The translations under genes were made by a program, and so were the position numbers. Positions 13,708 to 26,082 of a DNA stretch of 64,000 nucleotides are shown piece after piece (position 1 is the first letter of the stretch; every line of letters starts with the position of its first letter). A model generated the notes under the pieces. That model worked only from the letters and a program-made list of their open reading frames with translations. It was not told the DNA's origin and searched no databases. The stretch comes from Lama guanicoe (Eukaryota), in the NCBI GenBank assembly GCA_013239625.1, contig MU053881.1, forward strand, positions 4,485,957 through 4,549,956. Reading direction: 5' to 3'.

Positions 13708-14195
13708 TGAACTAGGCAAGAACAAATCTGACTCCATACTGGATCCATTTCTTTTACTTTTACCCTTGCATTCTATTACTTTTGCTACAAGTTAATCACT
13801 AAAGGGATGTTGCCCATAACCTTAAGTTATACGGAATGGCCCATCTCTGGGAACCCTGCCACCCAGGCAAGGAGCATTGAGCTAAAATCCTTTTGTTTAG
13901 CTTACAGGAAACGTCCTGACCGGGCCTACCCATGAATGACTGCAGGAAGGAAGAAACTAACTCGCCCTCCAGAGGCTGACTGGAACCAAGAAATACCTGA
14001 CTTCATTACCTCCCCTTTCAGTATAAAAGAAGCATGAATTCTAACTCAGGCAAGATGGTTCTTTGGGACACCAGTCCACCATCTTCTCGGTCTGCTGGCT
14101 TTCTGAATAAAGCCACTATTCCTTGTCCCAACAATTCGCCCCTTGGTGTATTGGCCTGTCATGAAGTGAGCAGTATGAGCTTGGACTCTGTAATA
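13708..14195 (+). mobile_element. ERV1-class solo LTR inserted in Charlie1
   Basis: Starts TG and contains GACTCCAT, a TATAAAA box (~14023) and AATAAA (~14106); ends GTAATA. A 4-bp TSD CTTC/CCTC (13704-13707, 14196-14199) rejoins the Charlie reading frame. Confidence 0.8.
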
Positions 14196-16299
14196 CCTCT
14201 GCATTCAGTTTGATGGAATATCTTGTTCTGGTTAAAATGTATAAAGAAAATCTGACCTCACACAGGTATGTGACTGGAAAAGGGAGAAGTATTTTGATCC
14301 CCTTTTCAGATGATGATGGATATTCTTTGGTACTACACCAAAACTTGACAAGCGTTAGGGGCTGCTGCAGTGGGAGGTCCAAAACTACACTGATGAACTT
14401 TTCTACTCTGTCACATTAAACCCACTGGTCTGTCTTGCACTTTGAATGGATCTTTCACTCAGGCATAATTTTATAACATTGTTCATTTGAAAATGATTGC
14501 TTCACTGACTCAGATAGACCTTCCAAATACTGACACATTTCATTACATAGTGTCAAAAATTCCAATTCAGCAGCATCACCACAGTTCTCATCAGAGACTG
14601 TTTCATGAGAAGATACCAAGCTCAGAGAGGCAGATCAAGTTTTCCAAACTTCTGATTTTCCCTTCACAGCTGGAGTTTTACCACTGGAGACAAATGCCAT
14701 TTGCTTTCCTTAAGGTGACAGGCTCACTTTGAGAAACATCTGCCAAATATCCAAATCTGAAAACCATGGTGTGTCAGTTGTCCTTTCAAGGAAAAATGGC
14801 ATGCCAAGAAAAAAGTGACCAATCCAGCAGACAATTCAATCACGCACGTGTTTTCCTGACCTTAACCTTCAACTACCGTGATTTGGTATGCAGCAGAAAT
14901 GCTTTATATGTAGCTTCTTTTTTTTTTTTTTTACAGATCGTTAAAAAGGCAGGTATTCAAGGGCAGAGATTTCATAACCTTAATCATTTTACTGCTTCAT
15001 TTAGGACGTACTTAAGTGAAACTGGTATGTGTTTTAATGAAAGTGTGTGACGCTGAAAGACAATGATTCCTTATACATTTTGGTTCCACTTCCTTGATTT
15101 GCACTAAGATGCCAGCAGTTTTGCTCACCACTGGTACAAACTTCAACGGGATGAAAAGTGCAAATAATGTCTCAGAGTTATTATGAAAAAAAGTTTTGAC
15201 CTCAAGAACCCCCTGAAAGAGTCTGGGGGATCTCCAGGAGTATGCAGATTACACCTGCAGCACTGCCAAATGAGGGGGGGTCTCTGCACCTCCAGAAACT
15301 CCCAATCTGGCTGAAAAGGTCGACCATAAACAGACACAATTACCACACGAGATGATGAGGACCAGGATGGAGGTATAGCAAAGAGAGTGATCTGATTTGC
15401 ACTGGGGAAACTGGCAAAGGTTTTACAGGGTAGGACACCTTTGAAATGGGTCTTGAGGGTTGAGCAGGAGTTCATACAGAAAAAGGTGAATTTTTATACT
15501 CCAAGTTTCAGAAGGACAGGTCCTAGGGAGGTAAGGCTTTTTGAAGTAGGTACCAAAAAATAAAAAATAAACAAGAGAGTTCATATTATTAATAAATAAT
15601 GTTGACTACCATCATGGAACCCCCACCACGTACCTTACACTTTATGTATGTTGTCCTGTTTAATGTTCTCCAAAAACCTCTGAAATGCATGTTAAGTATT
15701 CTCCTTGTTTGGAGAAGTTGGGTAGCTTCCTCAAGGATACAGAGCAAATTCGTGGGGAAAATTAAGGGTAAAGCCAGACCACCTGACTCCAGAGGCCGCT
15801 TTTGTTCTTCTTTCCCTAAACCAAGAGGAAGAGCCCTGTCCCACGCCTCCACTGCTCCGAACCTACAGCTGACCTAAAACGACCTCGTCCCTTCCACTCG
15901 GCATTCAAGGCTTCCCAGCCCAGCTCTACCTCCCTTGTCTAGCCCTGCCTTCTTGGAATCCCCAGTCCAGCCACAGTAGGATCCTTTCCTTTTATCCAGA
16001 CTTGCTTTGGGCCTTTCTTGAGCAGTGCCCTCCACCAGGAGTCCCTATTGCCTTCCCCTTCCACTGGGATCTACTGTTGGAACACTACCAACCTTTTCAG
16101 GCCCAGACAATCTCTCCTTTCTAATCGTCTGCATCTCCTATCTGTGTTGACGTCATGCATCATGGTCTGCCTGAAGCTGATGATCGATTTATTTACCCAC
16201 ACTCCTCAAACCTCATGACCCCATCACTGGACTGTAGGCTCCTTGATGGCTGGGACCACACTGGTCTAAGAACATTACCTCTTGGTCCTTGAACTTGCC

Positions 16300-16420
16300 C
16301 TTTAAGCCTCCATTTCCCCTCTGTAAAATGGGGATGCTAGCACCCTTCCTCGTAGAGTTGTGGTGAGGATTAAATGCATTAACGTACGTAAAGTGCTGAG
16401 AAAACCACCTGGCACGAAGG
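16300..16420 (+). mobile_element. MIR SINE remnant
   Basis: TTTCCCCTCTGTAAAATGGGGATG...GTTGTGGTGAGGATTAAATG...GTAAAGTGCT. Confidence 0.75.
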
Positions 16421-17531
16421 AAGGACACAACCAGTGTGAAGGGCTTTGCTGTTGTCAGGACAATAATTATTGTTGTTAAATATCATTCAGGGAGCAGGGG
16501 TGAGCACCTCCCTGCCCGTATCAGTTTCATAGCCCACTTTCTCATCCCAAGGGCAGGCTCTGGTAACACGATGCATTTTAAGCTGGTCTAGAAGCATGGA
16601 AATATGTCCAGATCTTTATTACTCTGGTTTTCCTGCAAGCAGTTCTATTCCTGGGGGCTTACTCCAGTTGAGCCCCTCTGTTCTCATGCCAGCCCAACCC
16701 CCACGGACCCGAGAAGTCTGAAAGTAGCTGAACGAGGCCCTCCAGCCGAGTCGCTGGGAAGGCCCAGGCGCTGAGAGCGCTGATTAAAACTGCAGTAGGG
16801 CTGGCTCTGCATCAGCTGAAACGCCTTCCTTTTTCAGTTCCACCCAACCACCCTCTCCAGGCATCTAGGATGAAGCAGCCCCTTCAGCCCCGCTGGGCAA
16901 CCCCAAAACAGAAAGGTAATCAGCACGCTGAACTCTGCGTCCTGCTGCTGTCACTTTACCCAGCAGACAAGAAGGGCGCTCCGGTCCCCGGGCTGTGCCC
17001 CGCCTGGAGCAGGGTGCCGGGTCGTTGTCAGTGCGCCAGGTTTGTTTTTAAGGTTAGGGAACAAAGCGCCCCGGAATGCCAGCTGCCTCGGGTTTGGTTA
17101 CTCTGTTCTCGAGATGTGATGAGCTCTTGGCGTTGTGTGAATTCGGAGGAGGGCAGGATGTGTGCGTGAGCTTCAAAGGGCAACTCAAGCAAGTCAGTCA
17201 CGTTGAGGCTCCCGGGTCCTATTTCCAAACACGTTTCCGGCCTGCAGACACCGTTATTAGAGATGGTGAACAACGCTGCGCAAAGAGCTGATACAGCTGA
17301 CTCGTGATTTCCAACTCGTTTCATCATCTTTCTAAGGTTGCCACAAAGGCTCTGCCTGATGCCACAGAGGGTACCATTTCTGTGGCCTTGGTTCAGCCAT
17401 GGTCGCCATAATGACTTTCGCGACACGCCAGCCACTGGGTACGACTCCTCACGTGCATTGTATAGTTTCCCATGAGCACGGCCCTGGGTTCTACAGGTGA
17501 GGAAAGTGCAGCTCCAAGTGTCACCTCTCCT

Positions 17532-17559
17532 GGACCCAGGACCCAGGACCCAGGACCCA
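17532..17559. repeat. (GGACCCA)4 tandem repeat
   Basis: Four perfect 7-mer copies read directly. Confidence 0.9.
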
Positions 17560-18639
17560 AGCCCGGTGTGATCAGACTCCACGGTGTGAAGGCTTTCGCT
17601 CTAGCTCTCTGGCTGGTCCTCTTTACCATCCATTGCCCTTCACGAAAATGAACCAGGAAAAAGGTGAACTAGTATTTTGGGGGAGTCTCCACCTGCACCA
17701 GACCTTTAACCCATGCACCTTATTTTATTCTGAAAACAGCCCTGTGAAGTAGGGATTATCACCCCCAGCTTAGAGGAGAGGATTTGGGGGCTCAAGTTGC
17801 TGACTGACTTGCCCAAGCCCACAGTCAGAGCAGGATCCAGACTCAAGTCACTGTGACCTCCGAGCCCACGTCCGTCCTGCCATGCTCACTGCTCCCATTG
17901 CACTAGGACATCTGGTCCTCCTGGGAGAGCCAAGGGCCACCTCTCCTGGACAACGGGCACAGCTGACAGGGCTGGTCACTGTCAGTGAGAAGAAAGGGAA
18001 GAGAAAAGGTCTGATACCAAAATGACTTGGGGGCAGAAACCACAGGGGAGACGGGCAGGAAAACAAGAAGGCAGGTCCCTGCCACGCAGGAACAGGGAAT
18101 CTGCGGACAGACGACTTGGTTCTATGAACATCCCTGTCCTTTCCATCAGAATTAGGAGTGCCTAGCCCTCTGGTCCTGGATGTTTTCAAACTTCAGGATC
18201 CAGTTTAAGCCCCACGTTGTCTACTAACTCTTCCTCCAGCCCACACTGACCCCGACCTCTGCTAGCATTTTGTTTCTGTGCCTCTCAGTCTGGCTTTCCA
18301 TTATGTACAGACTGTGTGGTCTGTCTCCAGTGTCCTGAGATAGAAAGTCCCCATCAGATAGGAGGTTCCCGCTGAGATAGGAAGTTATTAAGAGAGAGGA
18401 CACTGTCCAATTCATTCCTTTTTTTATTCCTTACAGAACCCAGAAGACTGGCATAAACAAATGTATGTTCAAACAAACACATGTGGTATTGAACCGTTCC
18501 CATTTTAAAGAGAAACACAGAGGAACTCCCGTAAATTAGGTCAACAGCTACAGGTTATCTGATTTTCTTCTAACATTAAATCTCCTAATTGCTACTACAC
18601 GCCAAATCAAAGCGAAATAAATGTGGATTGGTTTTAAAA

Positions 18640-19117
18640 GGAGGAGAATGAAGAAAGGGGAAAGGGGTTGGGAAGAGGAGGTGGGAGGAAAGATAGAAAG
18701 ATGAGGGGGAGATGGGGGAGGAGGAGGAGATGAGGAGGAGGAGGGAGGGAGAGGAGGAGNNNNNNNNNNNNNNNNNNNNNNNNNNNNNNNNNNNNNNNNN
18801 NNNNNNNNNNNNNNNNNNNNNNNNNNNNNNNNNNNNNNNNNNNNNNNNNNNNNNNNNNNNNNNNNNNNNNNNNNNNNNNNNNNNNNNNNNNNNNNNNNNN
18901 NNNNNNNNNNNNNNNNNNNNNNNNNNNNNNNNNNNNNNNNNNNNNNNNNNNNNNNNNNNNNNNNNNNNNNNNNNNNNNNNNNNNNNNNNNNNNNNNNNNN
19001 NNNNNNNNNNNNNNNNNNNNNNNNNNNNNGGGAGGAGGGAGAGGAGATGAGGGGGAGGAGGGGGAGGAGGAGGAGGGGATGGGGAGATGAGGGGGAGGAG
19101 GAAGAGGAGGAGGAGGG
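18640..19117. repeat. (GGA/GAG)n purine-rich low-complexity tract spanning the assembly gap
   Basis: Near-pure G/A sequence on both sides of the N run. Confidence 0.9.
18760..19029. other. Assembly gap (270 N)
   Basis: Run of N characters. Confidence 0.99.
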
Positions 19118-19974
19118 TTTTGCTCTGGAATGGGACACAACTTCAAACTGAAATGGGTACAAAGTCAGAGTGGAGACAGAAATGGTACTCTTTTCTCGAG
19201 CATGAATTCTATGTTGCCTAATCTAAAGGGATTTTTCTCCTATGCAAACCTCCCTTTCTGTGCCTGCTTCACCAAGATGTCGGTATAATTGACTTCATCG
19301 ACTGTGGAAACCTAACACGCTGTAGAATGAACTACATTCGGGTCTCTGTTAGGTTAATCTCGACAGAAATCTGACGACAAGGTCAAATCTTGAAGCAAAA
19401 CAAAACAGACACTCGGGAACTTGCAGCCCGGCCACGCCTCACGTGGCACGGCGTGGGCAGACGCCGTGAAATGCTCCAAGCAGGCGGCAGGCGGCAGGCG
19501 GGCGGGAGCACCAGACTTCCAGCTGACAGTTACCATCCCGGGGACCCCCTGTGCCCAGCACAGAGCCTGACACAGGAGATGCTCCACAGATGTGTCACCT
19601 GTTCCCATCTCTGAGTTTACAGTCAATGAGGATCAGATTTAACCACTGTCATTAGCATTAAGGTTCCTCAGCCAGTCTCAACACTGGCCAGATTTTAGAC
19701 GTCCTCTATGACATGGTTTTCATATTCATCCATTTTGGCAGCGTTATTAGCAACGAACCTCACAGCTGACACTGGCAGGCATGCTGGGTGTTTATATGTG
19801 ACTGGGACCTTACCTGAGCCTTCACACTTGGACCATTAGATCAGGTTTGACCAAACCGTATCTGTAACATATGCTGTATGTCTTGCTCTTATGTTTTCTC
19901 TCACTTATTGTGATGACAATGACATATTTGTAGGTTTATTTGTTTTGTGTGTGTGTTTGCGCCTTAAAAATACG

Positions 19975-20116
19975 GATGTCCATGAGGAGCAGAATCACTT
20001 CTATCTTGTTCACTGCACAGCTCCCGCACATATAGTACAAAACCTGGCACTAATACAACATATGGCACATGGTCAACACTTGACAGACACTGAATGAGTG
20101 AATGAATGAATGAATG
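19975..20116 (+). mobile_element. L2 LINE 3' end
   Basis: CTCCATGAGG-like start, CTTGTTCACTGC, CCTGGCAC and a terminal (TGAA)n tail. Confidence 0.6.
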
Positions 20117-23100
20117 GCGCTGGATTAAATGCCTCTTAGCTTCTTAGCTCCTTTGGGCAGGAACAGCCTCAGGCTCCATATGACCAGAGGGCCCTCGGCT
20201 GCCTGACCCCAGGTACACAGCACTCTGTGAACTGGCTGGGCATGCCAACACTGTGCTGGGATCCCAGATCTGACCTCCAGGGTGGCCTCAGGTCCTCTGT
20301 TTGCAAGGCTGAGACGGGGGGGAGAGGAGGCTTGGTCACGGGGGCGATCCCAGGCTGGGGGCCTGGAGGACGGGCCCATCGTGGAGCTTACTTGACTGCT
20401 GCCTCAATCAGAACCCAGCTTGGGATGGGCGTCTCTGACCCCAGCAGGACGGCCCGCACCCCCGGTAGCCAGCACCAGCGTGTGCACCACACAGGGCCAT
20501 CAGCAAGAGAGCCTGGTAGCACAGGACAGTATATCCACCTCCCCCCTCCACCCAGGTGCAACACTGAGGTGGGGGAGACGTGCATCCCTGAGCAAGTGGG
20601 CCACACATAACAGCAGGGGGATACTTCTATTCTGAAAGGTAACCTCTCTCTTTAACAAAGAGTCACAGCAGGTGCAGAGCCAAGAGGGGGCCAGAGCAGG
20701 CCTCTGGGGAGACACTGGTGAAAGCACCCCACCCCAGCACGTGTTCTGGACTCTGGGCCCAGCCCCAGTCTTCTGGGCAGCCTTCCTTTAAAACGACCTC
20801 TTCCATGGCCTCCCAGGACCCGTCTGCTACCCATGTGCTGCCGCTCTATAAACCACTGGCCCCCTAGCCAGTCCTGTCTCCACCCCCAAGCCCTTGAACT
20901 GCTGCTGCCCGCCCAGCCCGCTCTTCCCTCGGGCCTAAGCGTGGCCAGCTCCTTCCTGTTACATAGGTCTCCGCTCAGACGCTGCCCCCAAGAGAGGCCT
21001 TCCCTGACCACGCACTGATCTGGACCCACAGTGACTGTGATCGTGACTTTGCTTGTTTGTTTCCTGCTGGCTTGTCAGCTTCCAGAACTGAGAGCAGGCC
21101 ACCTTTTAGTCACTCTTTAAGTATTTGTACAGATGAATGAGTGAGTGACTGAGGGAAAGCACGTGCTCAGTTAAACAGCGAGGACCAGCCTGGCTTCCTA
21201 GGGTCCTTTCGATGCCAGGCCTGTCCAGTGACGAGGCTCGTCCCAAGATCCATGCACAGTGAGGCGGAAGCTCTTGAGAAGAGTCTCCCGAGGCCGGAAG
21301 GGGCTCAGGGTCCAGGGGACGCCTGGTTAGGTTTTTATTTTTATTGGGCACTGACTATACAGCAAGCAGACGTGCAGGCCTTTGTTTAATTCACAGCCTC
21401 CCTGAGTGGTCACCATGGTGATTCCCATGTCAGAGATAAGGAGACACACGTGGGGACGTTAAGCAGCTGGTTCAGGGTCTCTTGGCTCTGAAGTCATGGA
21501 CCTCGCTCAGCCTGGCCCTGTGTTCATCCCCTCTCTCTCCTGCTTCCCTGCACATCTCCACGTCAGTCTGCCAGTCCACACCCGGGAGGGACGAGGCAGG
21601 AGAAAGAACTTGCTGAAAGAAGCCGGTCCTACTCCTTCACCCAACAAGCATCTGCCAGGCCCTTGCTCTGTGTGGGTCCTGAGGCCAAAGGCGGGGACTC
21701 AGAGCCACAAGGCTGAGCCCCACCCTCCTACGACTCAGGGACACTCATGTCACAGTGAGTCAACCATCACAGTGGTCTTCAAGAAGGCTTTTTTCTTGAT
21801 TAAGGGTAATTAAAATTCCTCCAGTTTTGAAGGATTTCTTAGAATTCCTTTGCAGGGGGTGGGGAAGCAGTGACGTCCAGTGGCTCTGTGGCCTGAGTAC
21901 TAGTGTGTGAATTCAGGGGAGATACTCGAGGGGGTGGGGGCGGGGAGGGGGGAGGCCTTGGCCAGACAGCACATTGGCTAGGTGGGCTGGCCTCCTAGGC
22001 CTTGCCCCAGCTTGGAGCCACTTCCTCCCGAAATTCCGACTTTCCAGCTCTCCAGCGCTGAGCTCTGCGCCCTGGCGGAGGACCAGAGGGCGCTGGCGGG
22101 GGAAAGATGCCCTGCTCAGCATTTGGTCGCAGGTCTTGGAGTACAGGCACCAGAACTTCTCCTGAGACACTGGAATTTTTAAATTTGAAGCCCAAAGTTT
22201 GCTCACACACACTCTCTCTCTCCCCTCCTCTCGGCTTTCATTCATTCATTCATTCCTGGCAAACTGCACATTCTCTCCTCCTCCCACCGCAAAGTCCATT
22301 GTCATTCTGATGGCATCTCAGCCCACTGCAGGCATAGCAGAGCCTCCCTCTTCCAGATTTCTCTGTCGAATCGCTGGCAAGGACAAAGCAGTTAGGAGCA
22401 AGATTCGGTAACTAGCTTTTTAATTTCATGGCCGGAGGTTGTCAGGACAGTGCAGAGAAAATTGCCAACGATTCGGAGCGCGGCCCATGAATCTGGGGCA
22501 GAGCAGGAGAGAACAAGGGAGCCTTCAGCTGGGGTGGGGGGGTTGGCAGCCGCCTGGATGAGAAAGTTCTCTTCCTCCAAATTTCTTTGATTCAGATCCT
22601 GTGCTAATTTAAAAAGATCGATTCAGCAATTTCCCAGCCTTTCTTACTAAAGTCTTTTAGAAGGCTGAGAAAGAAAAGGAGAAGGGGTGCTCCGGGGAGC
22701 CTTCTCTCGGGGGGTAAGACTCGGCTGATCACGGGTCGCTGTGAAGTGGGGGTGGTTAATTCCCGGGGGTGTTGTCATCCTCCCAAATCCTTTCTGCATA
22801 TGTGGATGACAGCACAGGCACAGCTCCAGACTCAGGCTCACTGTCAGGGTGAGAAGATCTGCACTGCAACCCCAAGTTCAGCCACAGGGTTGCCGTGTGG
22901 CTGTGGGTTGGTGGCTCTTCCTCTCTGAACTCCGAAATGGAGAGGACCGAATAAGCCTAATTTCCTTTCCCGCCTGTGTGCTTCACGGCCTTTACCGAGC
23001 CCATCAGGAACCTCTTCATTACCTCAAGCCGGAGATCTCTGCCCTCTTAAGTAGAACCTCAGATGGGTCTGAACCGTGAAGACTGGTCTGTGACCTCCCA

Positions 23101-23987
23101 GGAGGGAAGCGATAGAATGGCGGCGGCGGGAAGGACGGCTTCCATTGAATCTGACACACCAACCAAGACTCCCCAGCCAGATACATTCAGGCAAGTTCAC
23201 GCGTAAGAATAACGTGGCAAACTTGCACTGGGGCTTTGTTCTATGGCTCCCCAAACTCTCTCCAATACATTTTCTTTCAAACACATTCCTCACAGCCACC
23301 TGATAAGTGAGGTCTTATCATCTGCCCCATTTTACAGATAGGCAAAGTGAGGTTCATGTCAAAAGTTTGACGGAGTCTGAACCAGAGCCCCTGGCCAGCA
23401 CCCTCTGGCTTGCTCTGGACTAAGATAGACAAAGGTTGCTCCCAGAGCAGCGGCTCGTGCAGGGGAGAGAAGTCAGGTCCATCTCGCCAGTCCCCTCCCT
23501 CCAGCTCCTGACTCCCATGCAGCCCCACACTGCCCTCTGGTTGGCTGTATCCATCCAAGGCTCCTAGTCGCAAGCAAAATAAACTCTGAGTGATTTAAAC
23601 TGAGAGTGACTTTATCAAAAGTAAAATGAGTAGCTCACAGATTAGACAGGAAGGTTGGAGAGCCAGGCTTAGAGAGTTGGCAAGAAAAAGGAGGTCACAC
23701 AGCCAGAATCACAGCCCAGACTCCTGTGATGGAACCAGCCCAGCAATGTCACCACTGCAGCTGCTACAAACACAGGGCCCATGGTGAGGCAGCTGTACCA
23801 CTGTCTCCTCTGGACCTGGCCATGTGCCTGGCCCTGAGCTGCAAGAGGGGCTGGGAAAGCAGGTATCCGCATTTTCACCTTCTGTAGGAAGGCTCGGCCC
23901 CCCAACAAGTCTCAGAGGGTGGAGGATACCCCCAAAAGAGGAAGAGCATTGAGATGCCAGGCAGCAAATTAGATGGTAGGTGTGCAC

Positions 23988-24350
23988 TGTCAGTCAGGTT
24001 AGGCTAGGCAATGCTGTGATAACCAAAAATCCTAAATCTGAATGCCTTTCAAACACCAAAGATTTATTTCCTGTTCACACTACATGTGCATCAAGGGTCG
24101 GCTGGGGGCTCTGCTCCAGGTCATCCAGAACCTGAAAGGAGATCTACCATCACTGCCCACTGTCACCATGTCAGAAGGAAAGAGAGGTCTGGGATAGCCT
24201 AGTCCAGAAGAGACATCACTTCTATGCTCATTGGCTCATTGGGTGTAACCAGTCACATGGCCCCGCCATGGGGCCCACAAGTATAATCCTGACTTGGACC
24301 TAGAAGGCAGAGAGCTGGGACTATCCGGTGAAGAGCACTAACAATGCCCA
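23988..24350 (-). mobile_element. MLT1-type (ERVL-MaLR) LTR
   Basis: TGTCAGTCAGGTTAGGCTAGGCAATGCTGTGATAACC...GATTTATTTCCTGTTCACACTACATGT...GTCACATGGCC. A second MLT1-like piece lies immediately upstream (~23545-23985). Confidence 0.7.
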
Positions 24351-24959
24351 CAGTCTACTCCATGGGGCCTGCCAACCAGAGCCCGCCTCGGGAGGGAACA
24401 GAAGAAAAAGGCACTGAAATGGAGGCAGGAGATCTGAGTTTCATTCGAAGCTGAGCCACTGGGCCCCGTACATCCCCTTAGCACCATTAAGGGATGGAGG
24501 AAGTCCCCACTTTGGAGTGTGGTCACAGAAGGTAGTCCACTCAGACGGCACATGGCAGCAGCAAATGCTCAGAGCACAGCCCACCAATGAAGCACTGGAG
24601 GGGCTGGGAGCAACCAGGGCCAGGAGCTGAGCCCAGCTTGCTAAGCACGGGCAGACAGGCAGCCTCGTCCTTGCTCATAGGCCACTGCATGTCCCCCCAG
24701 AAAGACGGGCACTCCTCAGTAGCCCTAGGATCCCTGTGGAAATAAACCCTCTACTTGCAACTGGCTGAGGGGCAGCAGGAGCTGGGCTATCTGGTGCGTC
24801 CACGGGCCTCTTGGGCCCATACTCTGTTTCAGCTGTAGACAGGTGACAGGCCACACTGAGTCCCACGAAAACACTGGCACGATGAGTGAGGGTTTGCTTG
24901 CACCTGAGATGCAGTCATTACATAAATGATGGGTTTGGTGGAGGAATGTGGTGAGGGTT

Positions 24960-25160
24960 ATATTAGTTATCATGGGCTAGATTATGCTGCAGTAACAAAC
25001 AACTCCAGAATCTCAGTGCCTTAAAACAACCAAGGTTTATTTCTCACTCCTGCTGTTCCATTAGGGGCCACCTAGGGCCCCTACTCCACATCCCCTCACT
25101 CTGGGACCTAGAATGACAGATCGGCCACTGTCTCAAATCATGTTGGTTATCATGGTGGAT
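24960..25160 (-). mobile_element. MLT1-type LTR fragment
   Basis: GGCTAGATTATGCTGCAGTAACAAACAACTCCAGAATCTCAGTGCCTTAAAACAACCAAGGTTTATTTCTCAC. Confidence 0.7.
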
Positions 25161-25369
25161 GATGCAACCCAGAGATTAACTTCTAACCTTGGGGTCTGCT
25201 CCCAGCCCCAGGCTCCTAGTCCGGTTCGGTCATACATTATGGACCGCTCACTATGTTATACCTGACCGTCTGTATACAGAGTCAACATATTGACTATATT
25301 CTGCCATTTGGTGGAAGGCAGTATCAAAAATCTTAAACGGCCTGATCCTATAGTTAGAAGAACAAATTT

Positions 25370-25590
25370 CCCATTTATTCATTCACTATTTTTTTCATCC
25401 ATCCCTCTATTACATATTTACTGAGAGCCTGTTTGTACCAGGCCCTGTTCTAGGTGCTGAGGACACAATGATGAATAAAACAGACAATCCCTTGCTTCAT
25501 GAGATTTAAAACTTAGTGAGGGAGACAGAGGTTAACCAAATAACTTCCCAACCCAAATGTAAATTTGCAACTGTAACATGTTATTAACAT
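25370..25590 (-). mobile_element. L2 LINE 3' fragment
   Basis: TATTCATTCA...ATATTTACTGAGAGCCTGTTTGTACCAGGCCCTGTTCTAGGTGCTGAGGACACAATGATGAATAAAACAGAC. Confidence 0.7.
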
Positions 25591-26048
25591 TTACTGAAGA
25601 CTCGAAATTATGCTAAATGGACTGCTAAAATGGAGCTTAATCCTTTTCAAGGTCCTGAGGCTGAGAGGTGATGCAACTTTCCCAAAGTCACACCACCCCA
25701 AACTGATGGAGGTAGGATTCCAATCCAGTACCAACTGATGCAAAGAGCCCACACACTTGGCTGCCTTTTCAGATCTCGCTTGGTAAACTCTGGATCTCAC
25801 TTCTTCCAGCTTCTGCCCTTTCTTTCTTGAGATTTAGTTTGGCCTTGTGGAGGTTCCATCCTCTCATACAGTCTTTGACATAAAATATTCCAGCACCTAA
25901 TATACACAACTCACTGGGCTCATGCGAATTCACTGAGAGCCAACTATTATTTTTTTCCTAAAGGATATCTGAAAATGAGATTACTACCTGGGCCAAAATT
26001 AAAATATGCTGTGTAGCAATTGCTAAAGATTATTATTAATACGTCAAT

Positions 26049-26082
26049 GGCGCTCCCTGGTGACAATTATTGTATATTACAC
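26049..26082 (-). promoter_or_regulatory. Candidate CTCF site (core + upstream motif)
   Basis: The minus strand reads GTGTAATATACAATAATTGTCACCAGGGAGCGCC, against core CCACCAGGGGGCGC plus a TGCAGT-type upstream motif. Confidence 0.6.

Larger units (their letters stand above)
13194..15265 (-). mobile_element. Charlie1-family hAT DNA transposon fossil, interrupted by an L1 fragment and an ERV LTR
   Basis: Termini TAGCGGCTCTCAAA and CAGCACTG. The minus-strand translation gives a hAT C-terminal dimerisation-domain remnant FWCSTKEYP...KILLPFPVTYLCEVRFS...LNAE (14197-14343). It continues as EVDLRIQLSLIKLDIKEI on the far side of the LTR (from 13707 leftwards). Confidence 0.85.

Noticed and set aside
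14116..14382. Possible domesticated transposase (ZBED/Buster-like) gene
   Set aside because: Only a short degraded C-terminal remnant interrupted by an LTR; no long upstream ORF.
17532..17559. Direct repeats suggestive of a CRISPR-like array
   Set aside because: Spacerless 7-mer tandem repeat in mammalian DNA; no repeat-spacer arrays or prokaryotic genes anywhere in the window.
18548..19162. Long ORFs across the N gap
   Set aside because: Artefacts of undefined bases and the GA-rich repeat.
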